Positions 28,173 to 38,748 are shown, counted from the first letter of the stretch. The stretch is 64,000 bases of DNA from Desulfatiglandales bacterium (GCA_963666345.1 OY762721.1:3680001-3744000), one strand, 5' to 3'. Notes: generated from the sequence alone by a model not told the origin. Program-made: numbers and translations.

Positions 28173-28917
28173 CCCTTTCCGCCTCCTTCTACCATAGTCA
28201 CAGCAGAATAGAAGGCTTTCAGGGGTGGGTCAATTTTGGACGCCGATTCGCCCTATAGGTGGGTCATTTTTGCATGCCGATTCACACAATAGCAAAAAGA
28301 AAGGAAGAAGCGTAAAAACCCAAAGTCTGATGAAGCCCCCAGAAACAGAGTAGAGTTATGGTTGCAACAAGTCCCCTGCTCAGCACCGTATCAGATGAGG
28401 CCTTCTGTTTTGTCATTAATCCCGCAGGCATTCCAATCGCATTGTAAAGGAGCACACATCCTACAAAAGCTATGATAGCCGCCATGGTCCTGGGAAAGAG
28501 TGCGGCATCCCAGGTTAGTGGTGATGTGAAAAGAAATATTATGCCTGAAAAAAGTAGGAATCCAAGGCCTTCAAGAAAATCCCTGCGGAGAATAACGAAA
28601 AATAAACCAGAGCGTCGAGTCATCAATTTTCTCCTCGATAAGAGGTCTATGAAAAAAAAACGATAACAAGTGTAAAATACTTTAAGAGATATATAGCTCT
28701 AAAGCAAGTAGTTTTTTTTAAAAAAATATTATACAGTTTTTTCAATATCATAGTATTGATAAAGCATCTTTAAGGAAAAACAAAATCAATTTTTTTTGAA
28801 ATATTTTTCAGATTGTATTATGCTTGCTATATTTCAAATATAAGAGTGCCGACAAAAACATGAGAAAATTTCCTCGTCGCGGAAGGACTTGATTAAGATT
28901 AGAATAAGGAAGGGCGA

Positions 28918-29691
28918 ATGAAAAAAGATAATTTTTACCAAAAGTACAGAGGGGCCGCGCTCAGGGGAGCCACTAAATATGCGCAGCTTCGGGAAATCAT
29001 CCTTGCCGCAGTGGAAAACGGGCATTTCCCCCCTGGTTCAAAGCTTCCCGGAGAAAAGGAAATTACAATGTGTACTCCTTACAGCCTCGGAACCGTTCAA
29101 AGGGCGCTCGGGGATCTGGCCAGGCAGGGAGTGGTGGAACGCCGCCACGGGCTCGGTACATTCGTGATCGACAAGGTGGTGGTTCCTCTCCATTGTCGCT
29201 TCCTGAGTGATGAAGAGGGAGTGTTTCTTTCAATATACCCGAGGTTGCTAAAGCGAAAACGTGTCTCAGGAAAAACGCCGTGGGGGCAGCTGCTTGCCGC
29301 CCAGGGCAAGAATATAGTTATGATCGAGCGCAGTATCGATATAGGGCATGAATTTACGGTATATACTGTTTTTTACGTGAACAGCGCGGCTTTCCCCCTT
29401 TTCTGGACCCTGCCGGTCGGTGAGCTTGACGGCGCAAATTTAAAAAATATCCTGCGGCACCAGTACGATATCGAAATCGAGGACATATCGTACAAGATGA
29501 AGATAGTTAAACTGCCTAAAAGGGCCTGTGAGGTAACAGGTATGAAGGCAGGCGGTAAGGGCCTTTGGGTGGGGATCGTAACTAGCGGGGCAAATCAGAT
29601 TCCCCTCTATTATCACGAACTCTTTATTCCGCCCAACGCCCGCGAGTTTCATATCTCAAGTTATTCAAGCATGTCCTCTGATGTCACATGA
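28918..29691 (+). CDS. GntR-family (HutC-like) regulator divergent from the tct operon
   Basis: KLPGEKE, SLGTVQRAL and RRHGLGTFV. Confidence 0.9.
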   Translation: MKKDNFYQKYRGAALRGATKYAQLREIILAAVENGHFPPGSKLPGEKEITMCTPYSLGTVQRALGDLARQGVVERRHGLGTFVIDKVVVPLHCRFLSDEEGVFLSIYPRLLKRKRVSGKTPWGQLLAAQGKNIVMIERSIDIGHEFTVYTVFYVNSAAFPLFWTLPVGELDGANLKNILRHQYDIEIEDISYKMKIVKLPKRACEVTGMKAGGKGLWVGIVTSGANQIPLYYHELFIPPNAREFHISSYSSMSSDVT

Positions 29692-29854
29692 ATTTGATTA
29701 AACAGCTCGTCTCCGGTAAAATGCGGGTTGAATGAGAACTTCAGCTGTAGAACAAAAAAGTAAGGTAATCGTTCAAAGTTTTTTCCTCATAAATTGAAAT
29801 TTTTCCGCTATTCGCATATGTGAACATATCTGGAAGGCAAAGGAGATCTTGATC

Positions 29855-30301
29855 ATGACAAAAGATGAAAGGATCAGATTGGTTGCTCCCTGCGGTATTG
29901 ATTGCGGCACCTGCGAGTTATACAGGTGTAAGGATAATCAGCAGTTGCTCTATTATCTTATCTCAAAGGGGATCCCTAAGGAAAAGCTGCCCTGTGCCGG
30001 ATGCCGGGATATAGAGGGAAATTGTCCCGTTATCGGCAGCCAATGCGCCACGTATGCGTGTGTGTCTGAAAAAGATGTTGATTTCTGTTTTGACTGCGGA
30101 GAGTTTCCATGTTCGAAACTGAATCCTTCGGCGGACGGGGCGGATGTCCTTCCTCATAATCTGAAGGTTTTTAACTTATGCACGATCAAAAGAGACGGCC
30201 TGGAAGGCTTCATAGAGGAATCATGTGAGTTCAAGAAGAGGTATTACAAGGGAAAGATGGAGATCGGAAACGGCCCTCAACTGAAGGTCGAACAGGACTG
30301 A
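29855..30301 (+). CDS. DUF3795-like cysteine-rich protein
   Basis: APCGIDCGTC, CAGCR and FCFDCGEFPC. Confidence 0.8.
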   Translation: MTKDERIRLVAPCGIDCGTCELYRCKDNQQLLYYLISKGIPKEKLPCAGCRDIEGNCPVIGSQCATYACVSEKDVDFCFDCGEFPCSKLNPSADGADVLPHNLKVFNLCTIKRDGLEGFIEESCEFKKRYYKGKMEIGNGPQLKVEQD

Positions 30302-30406
30302 ACGTAAAGACCTGCCAAACAATGTCTGGTCCAGGCGGATGGACTATTGTCCCAGGTTGATATTCTACTTTGATACAAAAGTGAATCAAAAAAAAGAGGG
30401 CTGAAA

Positions 30407-30874
30407 ATGCATTTAGAAATACCGGGGCGTAAACCGATAGAAATAGAAAATGTCGTATTTGATTACAACGGTACCATCGCGGTTGACGGGCGGTTGATCG
30501 AGGGTGTGGCAGAAGTAATCAATGAACTGGCAGAGGCTTTTGATTTCCACGTTATTACGGCCGATACCTTCGGATCCGTTCAAAAGGAACTTGCGGGTGT
30601 CAACTGTAAAGTCGTCAGGATTCCGGAAGCAAGTCAGGACGCAAGCAAACTTGATTACCTCCTGAGTCTTGGAAAAGATACCACCCTTTGCGTCGGAAAC
30701 GGCAGAAACGATATGCTGATGCTGAAGGAATCAGCCATTGGTATCGCGCTAATCCTGGATGAAGGCGTGTGTGTGGAATCTTTTCTGGCCGCGGATATCG
30801 CCTGCAAATCGATCATGGATGTCTTTGCCTATCTCAAGATCCCGGACAGGATCAGGGCAACCCTGAGAAATTAG
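30407..30874 (+). CDS. HAD-family hydrolase (soluble P-type-ATPase-like)
   Basis: FDYNGT, ITADTFG and VGNGRND. Confidence 0.88.
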   Translation: MHLEIPGRKPIEIENVVFDYNGTIAVDGRLIEGVAEVINELAEAFDFHVITADTFGSVQKELAGVNCKVVRIPEASQDASKLDYLLSLGKDTTLCVGNGRNDMLMLKESAIGIALILDEGVCVESFLAADIACKSIMDVFAYLKIPDRIRATLRN

Positions 30875-31450
30875 CAAGGCGGCAGGTTCTAATTTTCTTT
30901 TCGCGACCGGGCGATAGGAATGAGGCGCTTGACCACATCTGAATCCAGCTTGCCCTGTTAAGCCTCTTTTGTCTTGCAGCCCTTGTCCTTGAGGTCCCGT
31001 TTGAAGCGGGATAAGCACTCATCATTACTCAAGACCTGCAAGCCTTGTTTCTCCTTGGCTTGATAACTTCCTGCTGTGCCGTCCAATTTATGAGTTTCTT
31101 TGAACGCATCAATTTAGATATCAAAGTGAGCATTTGAGTAAATGACTTTGATATGTTGGAAGAGATTATGGACTCAAGTTGGATACGTTCAGTAAAAGGG
31201 CTGAAAACCCAAGCCCTTCAGGACTCTCCGATCCATTTTACCTTACTCCGACAGCTCTCCAAAGAGGCGTGAAAAAAACGCTTATTGACTGCATCTGTCT
31301 GAAATTGTATGAACACAGTCCGGAGGTAAGTTCAACAGGGAAGCTGAATCTGTCCGTGCGGCATGCTTTGAAAAGGCCCCTGCAACGGGCAGGTCTTTCA
31401 TGAGGCGGTTTGAGACGGATTCCGTGTACGTTTTTTGAGGGAGGGCTTGG

Positions 31451-33223
31451 ATGTTTTTCGGTCTGATTGGGAAGATAGGACCTGTCAAGACAATCGAAGG
31501 CAGTGAGCACGCAAGGATGGCGATCCTTGCGTTAATCGTCGGAATTACCGCGGGTTTCGGTGCGGTAGGGTTCCGTTACCTCATAATGTCGGTTCAATCG
31601 ATTGCCTTCGGCTCGGGTGGGAATCTGCTGGAGGCTGTCGGAGGTATCCCATGGTACTGGGTAATCGTGATCCCAGCGGCAGGAGGAGCCGTGGTCGGTC
31701 CTCTCGTATATTTTTTCGCGCGTGAGGCAAAGGGGCACGGAGTACCGGAGGTGATGGAGGCGGTAGCCCTTAGAAGAGGAGTGATCAGAAAGAGGGTCGT
31801 GCTGGTCAAATCCCTTGCCTCAGCCATCTGCATAGGAACGGGCGGATCGGTCGGAAGGGAAGGCCCCATAGTCCAGATAGGCTCAGCCATCGGGTCCGCT
31901 GTCGGACAGCTGCTCAGGTGTTCGGACGACAGGATGAGGGCTCTCGTGGGCTGCGGCGCGGCGGCCGGAATAGCCGCTACCTTCAATGCCCCGATTTCCG
32001 GGACCATGTTCGCACTTGAGATAATACTGGGAGAATTCGGGCCTGCCATCTTCAGCCCCATAGTCATTTCTTCGGTGACCGCAACCGCCATATCCCGTCA
32101 CTATCTGGGCGATTTTCCCGCCTTTTTCGTTCCTACATATAAACTCATAAGTGCCTGGGAGTTTCCCCTCTATTTTTTTCTGGGGCTGTTCTGCGCCTTG
32201 GTAGGCGTGCTTTTTGTAAAGGCCCTCTACGCATCCGAGGATTTGTATGAGGAATTTCATTTCCCCAATTATCTGAAGGCCGTGACAGGCGGGCTGCTGA
32301 TAGGCTGCATGGCAATAATCTTTCCCCAGGTCCTGGGTGTGGGATATGAGGCCATAGATCAAGCCTTGAACGAGCAGCTGGGCTGGCATATCCTTTTTCT
32401 GCTTGTAATAATGAAGATCGCGGCTACTTCCCTGACCATAGGCTCGGGGGGCTCGGGCGGCATATTTGCTCCCTCGCTTTTCATGGGGGCGATGGCCGGA
32501 GGGGCCTTCGGCATCCTGGTAAACAGTATCTTCCCGGCTGTAACGGCCCCGGCTGCCGCCTACTGCATAGTGGGAATGGGGGCCGTGGTGAGCGCCACTA
32601 CCCATGGCCCGCTGACCGCCATGCTGATGCTCTTTGAGATGACGGGGGACTACAAGATCATCCTCCCCATGATGATTACATGTATCGTCAGTGCCCTTTT
32701 TGCCAGGCATCTGCTGCCCGAGTCGATTTATACCCTCAAGCTTATAAGAAGGGGCATAGATATAAAGGGTGGAAAGGAGGTAAACGTCCTCAAATCGATG
32801 CGTGTAAGAGATGTCATGAACCCTGATGTGGTGACCCTGTCGGAGGAGATGAGCATGGGTGCCCTGGCGGAGCTGATATCAAAAAGCAAATACAACAGCT
32901 TTCCCATGCTGGACAAGGAGGGGTTGCTCACAGGGATCCTCTCCTACAGGGATTATTCGGAGGCCCTGTTCAACGAGGATCTCAAAAACCTTGTGCTGGC
33001 AAAGGATATAGCCACGCGCGACGTGAAGACGGTGACAACGGAAAACAATCTGTATGATGCGATGGAGTTTTTCTCGGCAAGGGATTTTTCCATAATCCCG
33101 GTTGTGGACCCGGAAGAACCAGGGAAACTTCTGGGGGTCCTGACAAGAAGGGATATCATAGGCGCCTACAACAAGGCGGTCATAAAAAAGGATATAATAA
33201 GCAGGAGCGGGAACGCCTCCTAG
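31451..33223 (+). CDS. CLC chloride channel/antiporter with C-terminal CBS pair
   Basis: GHGVPE, GREGP, FNAP and GGIFAP; two CBS domains. Confidence 0.95.
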   Translation: MFFGLIGKIGPVKTIEGSEHARMAILALIVGITAGFGAVGFRYLIMSVQSIAFGSGGNLLEAVGGIPWYWVIVIPAAGGAVVGPLVYFFAREAKGHGVPEVMEAVALRRGVIRKRVVLVKSLASAICIGTGGSVGREGPIVQIGSAIGSAVGQLLRCSDDRMRALVGCGAAAGIAATFNAPISGTMFALEIILGEFGPAIFSPIVISSVTATAISRHYLGDFPAFFVPTYKLISAWEFPLYFFLGLFCALVGVLFVKALYASEDLYEEFHFPNYLKAVTGGLLIGCMAIIFPQVLGVGYEAIDQALNEQLGWHILFLLVIMKIAATSLTIGSGGSGGIFAPSLFMGAMAGGAFGILVNSIFPAVTAPAAAYCIVGMGAVVSATTHGPLTAMLMLFEMTGDYKIILPMMITCIVSALFARHLLPESIYTLKLIRRGIDIKGGKEVNVLKSMRVRDVMNPDVVTLSEEMSMGALAELISKSKYNSFPMLDKEGLLTGILSYRDYSEALFNEDLKNLVLAKDIATRDVKTVTTENNLYDAMEFFSARDFSIIPVVDPEEPGKLLGVLTRRDIIGAYNKAVIKKDIISRSGNAS

Positions 33224-33257
33224 GGATCCGGGGCAAGAAAAAAGAAGGGCTCAACAG

Positions 33258-33791
33258 ATGAGAAAATTTACTGAAGGCCTTCTGGACAATCGCCTTATAC
33301 TGAAAGCACTGAATGTAAAGAGCGGGCAGACGATTCTTGATGCGGGCTGCGGTAACGGTTACATGTCAAGGATCTTTTCAAAGGCGGTCGGCCAGTCCGG
33401 GAAGGTGTACGCGCTTGATCCTGATAAACACTTTATAGAGCTCCTGACGGAGGAGACTCAAGGGACCAATATCGAGGCAATCACAGGAGATATAACAAGG
33501 CCTACCAGGTTTGATGAATCATCATTAGACCTGATTTATATATCGACCGTGCTGCACATCTTTACAAAAAAGCAGATGCAGGGATTCATAAGGGAGACGA
33601 AACGCCTCCTTAAACCGGAGGCCCTCCTGGCCATTGTTGAAATAGAAAAAAAAGAAACCCCGTTCGGACCTTCCATGGAGCTGAGGCGTTCACCTGAGGA
33701 GCTGAAGGAGGCCATTCCTCTTGTGCCCGTAGATACGGTTCAGGTGGGGGATCACTTCTATATGCAGGTCTTCAGAAACAATGAAAAGTAA
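33258..33791 (+). CDS. Class I SAM-dependent methyltransferase
   Basis: ILDAGCGNG, VYALD and LLKP. Confidence 0.88.
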   Translation: MRKFTEGLLDNRLILKALNVKSGQTILDAGCGNGYMSRIFSKAVGQSGKVYALDPDKHFIELLTEETQGTNIEAITGDITRPTRFDESSLDLIYISTVLHIFTKKQMQGFIRETKRLLKPEALLAIVEIEKKETPFGPSMELRRSPEELKEAIPLVPVDTVQVGDHFYMQVFRNNEK

Positions 33792-34003
33792 GGGAGTCGT
33801 GACCTGCGTTCCTGTCGGAGCCGACTTTGAACGGGGTATGGACATAGAAAAGTTTTCTATCCAAGATATTTATCGAATCCGGGAGTAGAACAATGACGGT
33901 GTGGAATAACAGCAGAATATAAAATCTATTCTAGGATGAAACCTGCGCTGATATCTATGACTTCGAGGTCAGGATAGCCGGAAAAGATGTCTTGTTTCCC
34001 GTT

Positions 34004-34318
34004 TTATCTGTCGGAGCGGAGCAGCTGAGGGGATATCGGCTTAACCTTTTTCCAGTCCTTTGATATATTTTCAACCTGCCATAAATCATAATTTTTCTGT
34101 AAATTCATCCACAAGTCAGGTGTGGTATCCAGGGCCCTTGCCAGACGAAGAGCCATCTCCGGCGTTATTGCCCCCCTTTCATTTATGATTTTAGATGCTG
34201 TTTTTCTTGAAAAACCGAGTGTGGATGCCATTTCCGTAACAGTTATGGACAAAGGCTTCAGGTAATCTTCCTTAATTATTTTACCAGGATGTGTTGGTTT
34301 GCGTCTCATTTTTCTCAT
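34004..34318 (-). CDS. higA: HigA antitoxin
   Basis: PTHPG, ITPEMALRL and WMNLQ..YDL. Confidence 0.95.
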   Translation of the reverse strand: MRKMRRKPTHPGKIIKEDYLKPLSITVTEMASTLGFSRKTASKIINERGAITPEMALRLARALDTTPDLWMNLQKNYDLWQVENISKDWKKVKPISPQLLRSDR

Positions 34319-34330
34319 AGCCTCACCTCG

Positions 34331-34609
34331 CTAATGATAATCATTATAATCGACAACAAAGGCGTCGCCATTGTGAAACTCAAAAAAGACTTTCCAATTG
34401 CCTGAGACCTTAACGGCATGTTGCCCCTTTTTATCTCCGCTCAATTTATGGAGATTTGAACCTGGATAGCTCATATCCTTTACTTCATTTGCCGCATTAA
34501 GCCGATCAAGAATCCTTCTGAGCCTTTCGGCATGTTGAGGCCTTATTCCTTTCTTGTTACCGGTATAGAAAAAATCTTCAATGCCTTTGTGCCTGAATGA
34601 TTTGATCAT
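34331..34609 (-). CDS. higB: HigB (RelE/ParE) toxin
   Basis: MIKSFRHKG, LHKLSG, VSGNW and DYH; toxin-first order. Confidence 0.95.
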   Translation of the reverse strand: MIKSFRHKGIEDFFYTGNKKGIRPQHAERLRRILDRLNAANEVKDMSYPGSNLHKLSGDKKGQHAVKVSGNWKVFFEFHNGDAFVVDYNDYH

Positions 34610-34618
34610 GATATTAAT

Positions 34619-34635
34619 GTAACCTCTTGGGTTAC
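34619..34635. promoter_or_regulatory. Probable HigA operator
   Basis: GTAACC-N5-GGTTAC just upstream of higB. Confidence 0.6.
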
Positions 34636-34685
34636 TCCTGCCAATAATCAGGACTCAAATATTTGATAAAAATCAGAAGAAAGGA

Positions 34686-35723
34686 TCAGGCAAACGCATT
34701 GATCAGGTCTTTCAGAAGCGCTGCAGCAGCGCCGGCGGTGGAACTTTTGCCGCCCATGACCGTTATGCGATCCATGCTGTCTGTGAGATAGCTGACCGCC
34801 TTTTCCGAGCCGTTGACAGAGGCAAGGGGGTGGTCCCTTTCAAGCAGTTTAGGGGCGACCCCTATGCGGACGGCGTCGCCTGCTCGCTCTACCGTTCCGA
34901 TCAGTTTGATTATGCGGTTTTTGTCTTCAGCCTTCCGGATGTCCTCCGGCCTGATACGGGTGATCCCCTGAACCTCTATATCGGAGGGACCGAAATCGGT
35001 TTTAAAGAGGCGGTTGGCGATCAGGATGATCTTGTTGGCTGTGTCTTTTCCTTCCACGTCGTAGGTGGGATCGGTTTCGGCAATTCCCATTTCCTGTGCC
35101 TCTTTCAAGGCGCTTTCGTAGTCGCATCCCTGATGCTGCATGCGGGTCAGGATGTAATTGGTGGTGCCGTTGAGAATTCCCTCGGCCGATATAAGGCGGG
35201 TTCCCGCCAGACAGATGCTCCCCACGTCCAGGGTGGGAAGCGCGGCAGCCGTTGCCGCGCTGATATGAAGGGCGCAGCCGTTCGCCTCGGCCAGGTCGTG
35301 CAGTTTTCTGTAATAGAGAACCAGGGGCCCCTTGTTGGCGCTGACAACATCCATTTTTTGTTTAAGCGCGGTGATTATATGGGTGGTCCCGGGCACTCCG
35401 TCGATCAGGTTGGTAGGGGTGGCTTCAACGAGCACATCTGCTTCGATCTCCAAAAGCGTCTGCTCCCCGCTTAAACCGGGTCTTCCGCCATGTGCGAATG
35501 TTTCCACCGGCCGGCCCTCTTTAAGGTGCGTCAACAGCTCACCAGGGTCGATTCCGTTCTCTTTCGGTGCGATGGCCGCGCCTCCTATATCAACCGCCGC
35601 CTTGAGGATAAGCGAGAGGCCGTATTCATCTTCAACAAGGCCTTTTCGATCTTTTAGACTCTCAAGAAAGGCCCTGCCAACTCCACCGAGGCCGCATAGA
35701 ACAATATTTACGTTTTTTTTCAT
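34686..35723 (-). CDS. Homoserine dehydrogenase-family protein (no ACT domain)
   Basis: GLGGVG, SANKGP, GILNGTTNYIL and AETDPTYDVEGKDTANK. Confidence 0.9.
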   Translation of the reverse strand: MKKNVNIVLCGLGGVGRAFLESLKDRKGLVEDEYGLSLILKAAVDIGGAAIAPKENGIDPGELLTHLKEGRPVETFAHGGRPGLSGEQTLLEIEADVLVEATPTNLIDGVPGTTHIITALKQKMDVVSANKGPLVLYYRKLHDLAEANGCALHISAATAAALPTLDVGSICLAGTRLISAEGILNGTTNYILTRMQHQGCDYESALKEAQEMGIAETDPTYDVEGKDTANKIILIANRLFKTDFGPSDIEVQGITRIRPEDIRKAEDKNRIIKLIGTVERAGDAVRIGVAPKLLERDHPLASVNGSEKAVSYLTDSMDRITVMGGKSSTAGAAAALLKDLINAFA

Positions 35724-37342
35724 TTGTTCCCTCTCAATACCAGGTCGTCGTAATCGGATGATCGGATAAACGTCTCGATAATGGTGGGGCCGTCGGCCGC
35801 AAATGCCTGTTTGAGTGCGGCCTGATAGGCATTACGGTTGTCCACAGGCACGACCGGAACCCCGAAAAAACCGGCGCTTGATGCGTAGGCTTCACCGTGA
35901 AGAGGCGTTCCGTAGGTTTCATAATCTTTCCTGTTCTGCTTGATACGAATCAGTGACAGGGTCTTGTCGGTAATAAGCACAAATACGATCCTTTTGCCGA
36001 GCCTCTTGGCCGTGGCCATTTCGCCCGCCATCATGAGAAAACCTCCGTCTCCCACCACACAGCATACCTCGCGTTCAGGCATTGCCAGCTTGGCGCCTAT
36101 GGCGGCGGGAATCCCGTATCCCATGGAAGAGCAGCCGTTGGTCATGAGCTGGAGTTCAGGATCAGGCGTCCTCCACTGCTGACCGATCAGGTGCAGATGC
36201 GCACCCACATCGCAGGTCATGATGCCGTCAGGCGGCAGCGCGGTCCTCAGATCTCCCAGGACGGTCCTTGGATCAAAACCTTGAGCAGGTGGCGCCAGTC
36301 GTTCGAACATGGCCTGCCTTCTCTCGGCCAGGGCTGCAAGGTCCCATTTTTTGGGTGGAGTGTCGATACTCAAAAGCCGCTTCAGGGAACTTGAAATATT
36401 GCCGACCACATCGCAGGCCAGTGTGAAGTTTTCCTGATCGATATCGGCAGAGGTGGTGTCTATATGGAGCAGAGGGACGGCTGGCATCCAGTCTTCATAG
36501 TTTATTTCAATCGGGTCGTAGCCGATTCCCACGATCAGATCCGCCTGCTGATGGGTCTTTCCGACCCGGTCGGCAAGGGCATGGGCCAGGACGCCAGCGT
36601 AGGAAGGATGATCTTCTGCGAGCATTCCCTTGGCCATGGGGGTCATCACAACCGGGACATGGTATCTTTCGGTGATCTTTTCTACCAGGCTTTTGACTTT
36701 CGCGCGGACCGCGGAAAGGCCCACTGCCAGCAACGGCCTTTCAGCTCCGGCGAATATGTCAGCCATCTTTTTCAATAGGGCAGGGTCAGGCTCAGGCATG
36801 CCTGGAATTGCTGCTTGAGCCGCCCGTTTTTCCCGGCTCTTGCTGAAAGGCAGTTCCCCTGCAGGAAGACCGATGTGGACCGGGCCGGGCACTTCGGAGC
36901 GGGCGATGGCCGATGCCTTTTGAAGGGTATCTTCGATGCGGTCGCCCGCAAGGCGGGTGGTCCACTTTGTGAGCGGGGCAAAAAGGGCCTGATGGTCGAT
37001 GTTCATCTGGGTCGTCCGGTGAAGCATCTGATCGCTCATTTCATCTGTAAAAACCAGCATTGGAGAGCGGTCGAGCAGGCCACAGCAAACCCCGGTAGAG
37101 AGGTTGCAGGCCCCGGGGCCGAAGGTTCCAAAACATGCGGCCATTTGGCCTGTCAGGCGCCAGCATGCGTCCGCCATGAAACCTCCGCTTGCCTCGTTGC
37201 TTACAAGGACAAACTCGATGCCCTCTGTTTCCCTGATTGCCTCCATGTAATCGACCCAGTTTCCGCTGGAAATCCCGAAGATATATCTGATCCCTGTATC
37301 TTTAAGTGTTTGCGCGAATACCCGGGCATGTTGTTTTGTCAT
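35720..37342 (-). CDS. Thiamine-diphosphate enzyme (acetolactate synthase large subunit-like)
   Basis: NEASGGFMA, GPGACN, SMGYGIPAAIG and GDGG. Confidence 0.9.
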   Translation of the reverse strand: MTKQHARVFAQTLKDTGIRYIFGISSGNWVDYMEAIRETEGIEFVLVSNEASGGFMADACWRLTGQMAACFGTFGPGACNLSTGVCCGLLDRSPMLVFTDEMSDQMLHRTTQMNIDHQALFAPLTKWTTRLAGDRIEDTLQKASAIARSEVPGPVHIGLPAGELPFSKSREKRAAQAAIPGMPEPDPALLKKMADIFAGAERPLLAVGLSAVRAKVKSLVEKITERYHVPVVMTPMAKGMLAEDHPSYAGVLAHALADRVGKTHQQADLIVGIGYDPIEINYEDWMPAVPLLHIDTTSADIDQENFTLACDVVGNISSSLKRLLSIDTPPKKWDLAALAERRQAMFERLAPPAQGFDPRTVLGDLRTALPPDGIMTCDVGAHLHLIGQQWRTPDPELQLMTNGCSSMGYGIPAAIGAKLAMPEREVCCVVGDGGFLMMAGEMATAKRLGKRIVFVLITDKTLSLIRIKQNRKDYETYGTPLHGEAYASSAGFFGVPVVPVDNRNAYQAALKQAFAADGPTIIETFIRSSDYDDLVLRGNK

Positions 37343-37538
37343 TTTTCCGGTCCTTTATCCTCTGATGTTACTGCTTTAAATTATCCGGTTTCCAGGTCTG
37401 GATATACAGAAAAATAAGGGTTTATGCAATTTGAATCTGTGTCGGACGCTGGTATCATGAGAAACCCTTCCGGTGGGATAAGGGAAACGGAAACCATCAT
37501 AATAACGATATGATATGCGGGGGTAAAGTTCAAAATAT

Positions 37539-37907
37539 GGGATCATCTCCAAAAGAGTTGGTCTAAATGAAGGATTCTTCGCCCTCGCTTAGCTCAGCTC
37601 AGTCCCACTGCTTCGCAGCGGGTTCCCGGTTTCGAGGTCTCAAGGGGCTGCGGTATGGGAGAAAAACGGCTATAGAGTATATGCTTTCTTTATTGCATAT
37701 GGTTCAGCCTGTGAATTGGAAACCCGGGACATGACATCAGCTGACCTGGGTTATTTGAAAGAAGAGCGGCTTCAAAAATTAAGAAGGGAAATAGGGGATG
37801 TCGGGGCAATGTTCAAAGCGATGATCAAATCCCCGGAAAGAAAGCCCTCGAACCTTTGACTCCTTGGGTCCTTGGACCCTCTTCGACAACTAAGTTGGAG
37901 AAGAACC
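37539..37907 (+). mobile_element. Decayed inverted-repeat element carrying a four-helix-bundle gene fragment
   Basis: Ends gggatcatctccaa / ttggagaagaacc; complementary octamer repeats at about 37619-37648 and 37845-37880. Confidence 0.6.
37651..37859 (+). pseudogene. Four helix bundle (23S rRNA IVS-type) protein fragment
   Basis: YGRKT, then a frameshift, then IAYGSACELET..DLGYL..MFKAMIKS. Confidence 0.75.
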
Positions 37908-38094
37908 AAAATATGTAGCTGAAGGGGCCGTAAACTGATATATTGAGGAATCTCCTAATAAGTTACATTGAGTGACTAATTCAGATATAGGATTGGATTA
38001 AAGTATGCGAGTTTAAAGGGGGCTTGAGCTGAAAACGAAAAATTGAACAGCACATCGCCTTTATCTGACAATTTGTTCTAAGGAGTAATAAATC

Positions 38095-38748
38095 ATGTAT
38101 CCTGAAATTATTCAAAACGACGGTTCTTACGCGTTAACCCTGGAGTTCGCGTCAGGCATGGTCAGCCCCTTGATCCTTGACGCGGTAAGGCGCGTTGTTA
38201 AAGATGAAGGGGCCCGAATGCATCTGACCACATCCCAGAAGATCATGATTCTTGACCTTTCAATGGAGTCGGCACAAAGGGCAAGGGAACTGCTGAACAG
38301 GGCGGGGGCGGATTTCAAGTTCCCCAAACAGGTCTATCAGCCGAGGGTCTGTGTGGGGTCAAGATACTGCAAACTGGGACTTGTGGACACCCTTGAGTTC
38401 GGTGAGCGCATATATGAGAGATATTCCGGGCTTGATATACCCTATAAGATAAAAATCGGTGTCAGCGGCTGCCGCGCATCATGCGCGCATTCCACCCTGG
38501 CTGATATCGGTTTCATAGGCAGAAAAAGCGGGTACAGGGTTTATGTAGGAGGCAAATCAGGCATCAACCCGGTAATGGGCCGGGCTCTGCCAGAAACGGT
38601 AGGGGAAGACGAGGCGTTTAAGATCCTGGGTAAGGCGATTAATTTATACTGCGAGCACTCAAATCCCGATAAACAATTCCAGCGGCTGTCGGATACTATC
38701 GAAAAACTCGGGTTTGAAGGATTTAAGTCGTTAGTGACCGGCAACTAA
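38095..38748 (+). CDS. Nitrite/sulfite reductase 4Fe-4S/siroheme-domain protein (short form)
   Basis: LTTSQ, CVGSRYC, KIGVSGCRASC and VGGKSG. Confidence 0.88.
   Translation: MYPEIIQNDGSYALTLEFASGMVSPLILDAVRRVVKDEGARMHLTTSQKIMILDLSMESAQRARELLNRAGADFKFPKQVYQPRVCVGSRYCKLGLVDTLEFGERIYERYSGLDIPYKIKIGVSGCRASCAHSTLADIGFIGRKSGYRVYVGGKSGINPVMGRALPETVGEDEAFKILGKAINLYCEHSNPDKQFQRLSDTIEKLGFEGFKSLVTGN

Larger units (their letters stand above)
25834..28286 (-). mobile_element. Complete IS21-family insertion sequence with 8-bp target duplication CAATAGCA
   Basis: TG...CA ends and repeated AAAATTGACCCA boxes; duplication at 25826-25833 and 28287-28294. Confidence 0.97.
25683..28626 (-). pseudogene. tctB: TctB-family protein split by IS21
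   Basis: N-part ends ...ASSFLFAI at 28287 and continues in frame after the IS as AFFLFFDRPVQIK...LMTPDGLLA* (stop at 25683). Confidence 0.88.

Noticed and set aside
30888..31115. Minus-strand reading frame with an internal stop (IDAFKETHK...KEA*QGKLD...)
   Set aside because: Possibly a gene remnant, but no family could be assigned.
31280..31450. Fluoride riboswitch upstream of the CLC gene
   Set aside because: No GGCGATGG..CGCC core, and the CLC lacks the fluoride-type GNNLI/GEVTP signatures.
33792..34000. Possible degenerate ORF between the methyltransferase and higA
   Set aside because: Many stop codons and no recognisable motif.
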